The notes under the pieces were generated by a model. The model searched no databases. It worked only from the letters and a program-made list of their open reading frames with translations, and was not told where the DNA came from. 64,000 nucleotides of DNA from Oikopleura dioica (Eukaryota > Animalia > Chordata): the NCBI GenBank assembly GCA_907165135.1, contig OU015567.1, forward strand, positions 3,038,001 to 3,102,000, written 5' to 3'. Positions 60,864 to 64,000 of this stretch are shown here, one piece after another. The number at the start of each line of letters is the position of its first letter. Positions within the stretch are counted from its first letter, which is position 1. The position numbers were made by a program, and so were the translations under genes.

Positions 60864-63352
60864 TTAACCTTCATAGTTCACCGGGTCTGCTGGAGCCTTC
60901 CAGAAGGTCTTATTTTCAGCAAGGCACATGATGTGGTGGTCTGGGTAATCTTGATTCTCAAGAGGAACGATAGCATTGGCGCCGGTCAAGAGGCACCAGT
61001 CTCGGCCCTTGGCTGGGATCCATTGAACATCCTTGAGTCCTAGAATCGTTTTGTTGAGAAATCTCGAAGAAAAAAGTAAGACTTACCGGTAAGAATGACC
61101 TGAACATCATCTGAGCCCATGTTCTTAGTAGGTTTACCGCCCTTGAAGGCCCATGGAGTATCCTTGTCGACGATCTGAGTGAGCTCAAACTCAAAACCAG
61201 CATGAGTATATTTAGCAGCATCTCGGAAATAGGCATCGCCCAGTCGGTAGACATCAGTGGTATCGACAAGATCGACTCGGACTTCGCCGCTTCGGAGCTT
61301 CTTCACAAAGTCCATGCCGCAAACGTCCTTGGTCCAGAAGATGAAACCCTTGTAAAGTTCCTCTCGTGGGTTGACCCACTTGTTCTTGGCTCGGAATTTG
61401 ACCTGGAGCATGACGGAATCTTCACCCTTGTAGATATATTTGATGTTGTTTCGCTAGAAAAAATGAGATTAGATAAATCGAAAACCAAAAAATAAATTGA
61501 CTTACTCCCTTCCATTCAGCGAATTTGGTGGATGAATCACATGTAAGATCAGTAGGTCCGCACTTGAATCCATTTCCATTTGGAAGATTGATGCAGGACT
61601 CGTATGAATGGCAGTGATGATTGCCAGTTGCACACTCATTCTCATCGACACACTCTCCGTCTTCGCAGGTGAATCCTAATGAATTTTAAAAAAAATTCAA
61701 AAAAAAGAGATCTTACCATCAGTGCACTCTGGGGAACAACCAGTAGTTGGTGGACAAGGTGTTGTTGTTGTAGTCGTCGTTGTAGTTGTCGTCGTAGTTG
61801 TCGTCGTTGTTGTTGAAGTCGTAGTAGTCGTCGTCGTTGTTGTAGTCGTAGTAGTCGATGTTGTCGTAGTAGTAGTTGTTGTAGTTGTTGTTGTGGTAGT
61901 TGTTGATGTGGTCGACGTTGTTGTTGTTGTTCCATCACAGGGGCTGTTGACTGGGTCTCTGCACTCACAGGTGTATCCACTTCCGTCAGCAGTGTTGACG
62001 CACCGTTCATTATCAGCGCAGTTGTGGTCAGCACATGGAAGAGGTTCGCCAGTTCCTGGCTGGCTTCCGGCTTCACAAGTAAAGCTTATATCCGGTACGC
62101 TTCCGAACGGGAAAGTGTAGCCACTGGAGAGCTCTCCGTTGTCACCGAAGCAAACGTTGTCTGGGTCAGGACCAGTCCATGCCCAAGGAGCATCACATCC
62201 ACCCCAGCCATCATCATCGCAGACAATCCATCCCAAGTCTGTTTCCCATCGGATTCTTCCGAGCCATTGATGATCACTTGGACATTCATAAAGGTCCTTG
62301 CCATTGTATGTGCCACATGCGACGCAAGACCCGATGCCGTTCCAGTTTACGTAAAGAGATGAACAGCAGCCAAGATCGGTTTTAGGGGCATCCTCGAAAC
62401 AGTTAGCAAGTCGGTTATCTTCGTCTTCTCCGTCGAGGCAGTCCGCAAAACCGTCACAGAATTTGTGCTGGAAGATGGGTCGAATAACATCGACAACATC
62501 AGGCTCAAGGCACTTGGATCGTGGTTCCATTGGATGAGTGTCTTGCTTGTTTTCGCAGTAGAGGGCGTATCCCTGCTCGGCATCGGTGGTTGTGAGGAGG
62601 GGATGAGGAGAGTAGCTTCGGCCGTTGACAAGGGTGAATCCGCTGTACATGACGTTTGAAGATGGTTCGAAGGGATGACCAGTGTCGATCCAATCACTCT
62701 CGCTGATATCTCCTACATCGCCACCGGTGATGTAATTGGCCCAATCTGGCCGATCCTGCTCGTGGAGATAGCCGATAGCGTGAAGGAACTCGTGGTGGAT
62801 TCCGCCGACGCTGAGGCACCAGTTAGGGAGTCGAAGTGCTTGCCAGCCTGGCTGAATTCCGCTCACGCCATTAGTACAGCCGCTGCAGACACCGACGTAT
62901 GACCAGCAACCAGAGCCGTTTGAGGTTTCACCAGCAATGTGGACACCGACGTCGTATGAGAAGGTTGGATCATAAACGAACTTAAGACAACCCATGGCAA
63001 GGGTGAAGTCTGCAAGCTCATCGTGAATCTGCTGCCAGCTCTCAGCAGGAACAGTGTCTTGGATGGCGTATGGAACGACGAATCGACCATCAGAGTCAGT
63101 CTCAGACCATTTCGTTGCCCAGGTGACCAAGCCTCTGCCAGTTGGGGCAGTATGGCCGGCGTTTTGGTCAACATTAAGTCTGTCAGCATCGTAGCCGAGC
63201 TTGACAAGAGCATCAACTTGCCAAGGGGCAACAACGAGATCGCCGTACTCACCCTGGTCACCGTGAGCTCCTTCTCCATTTTCATCGCTTGTGTCCGGTC
63301 GGTTAGCAATATCACCTGCTTTACGTTCACGTGCTCCTTTGGTTTGCGAGGC
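60864..63352 (-). CDS. Astacin-family metalloprotease module 2 (same architecture, poly-Thr linker); no signal-peptide exon of its own was found
   Basis: Paralogue of gene 1 with the same intron positions. HEFLHAIGYLH present, acceptor at 63353, stop TAA at 60864. Confidence 0.92.
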
Positions 63353-63735
63353 CTAAAAATTTTAAATTATCAATCGCTTGGCATTAAATTGATTTTAAAT
63401 TACTCTAGAAAAAACATTTTAGATTAAGAGGTTCACTGCCATTAAATTTATATTTGTGGTCGAAAAACGTCAGCTCATCAATTCAGGAGATATCGAATAC
63501 TATCTTTTATTAATGACCCATTTATCAATATTTTTTAGTTAATGTTCGACGACTGTTTAAAATGAGGGACTTTTTGTAATTTAAATTATTTTACTAGTAA
63601 CTTACTAGTAGTAAGGACAAATCTTTTCGTTAATCTGAATTCTATCAATTTCCTCAGAAAAAGCAACCCTATTTCAAATAGGCTATTTGATTACGGAGCA
63701 TGATTTTTTGAGGAAAAATACTGCGGCTCTCTTAC

Positions 63736-64000
63736 ATTACAAGTAGGTGGCTCAGTTGGTGGCTCAGTTGGTGGCTCAGTTGGTGGCTCAGTTGGAGGCT
63801 CAGTTGGTGGCTCAGTTGGTGGCTCAGTTGGTGGCTCAGTTGGAGGCTCAGTTGGTGGCTCAGTTGGAGGCTCAGTTGGGGGCTCAGTAGTAGTAGTTGT
63901 CGTTGTAGTCGTGGTTGTTGTTGTTGTTCCGTCGCAAGGGCTGTTGACTGGGTCTCTGCACTCACAGGTGTATCCAGTTCCATCAGCAGTGTTGACGCAT
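63736..64000 (-). CDS. 3' end of a third astacin-cluster module (EGF + Thr + 12x TEPP), truncated by the window edge
   Basis: CVNTADGTGYTCECRDPVNSPCDGTTT...(TEPP)12-TCN followed by gtaaga. The GGCTCAGT 12-mer occurs 12 times. Confidence 0.85.

Overview
Eukaryotic genomic DNA: AT-rich and gene-dense, with many 39-60 nt introns and several apparently non-canonical (GA-AG, GC-AG) splice sites. This pattern best fits the compact genome of a larvacean tunicate such as Oikopleura (inference, not a database match). Multi-exon genes recognised by manual splicing are: a protein O-fucosyltransferase-like gene, EXOC6/Sec15, ERGIC1, PICK1, a CUB-like/Thr-rich secreted protein, an intronless KR-processed neuropeptide-like precursor, a divergent tetraspanin, a K2P potassium channel, a GPI-type tandem C-type lectin, a class A peptide GPCR, an SLC6A8-like transporter and a tandem cluster of astacin-LDLa-EGF proteases running off the right end. 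The window holds many non-autonomous DNA transposons with visible TIRs and TSDs (9-bp Mutator-like, 8-bp hAT-like, TTAA Kolobok-like, and a 4-bp TCAG foldback). Four observations stand out. (1) A 1024-bp foldback element sits exactly on a GPCR exon/intron junction, and its first bases plus its TSD recreate GA...AG splice sites. (2) An in-phase intron may fuse two astacin modules into one polyprotein. (3) There is a candidate novel neuropeptide precursor. (4) Sec15 carries a six-NPF insertion. All exon structures were inferred by eye; no searches were run.
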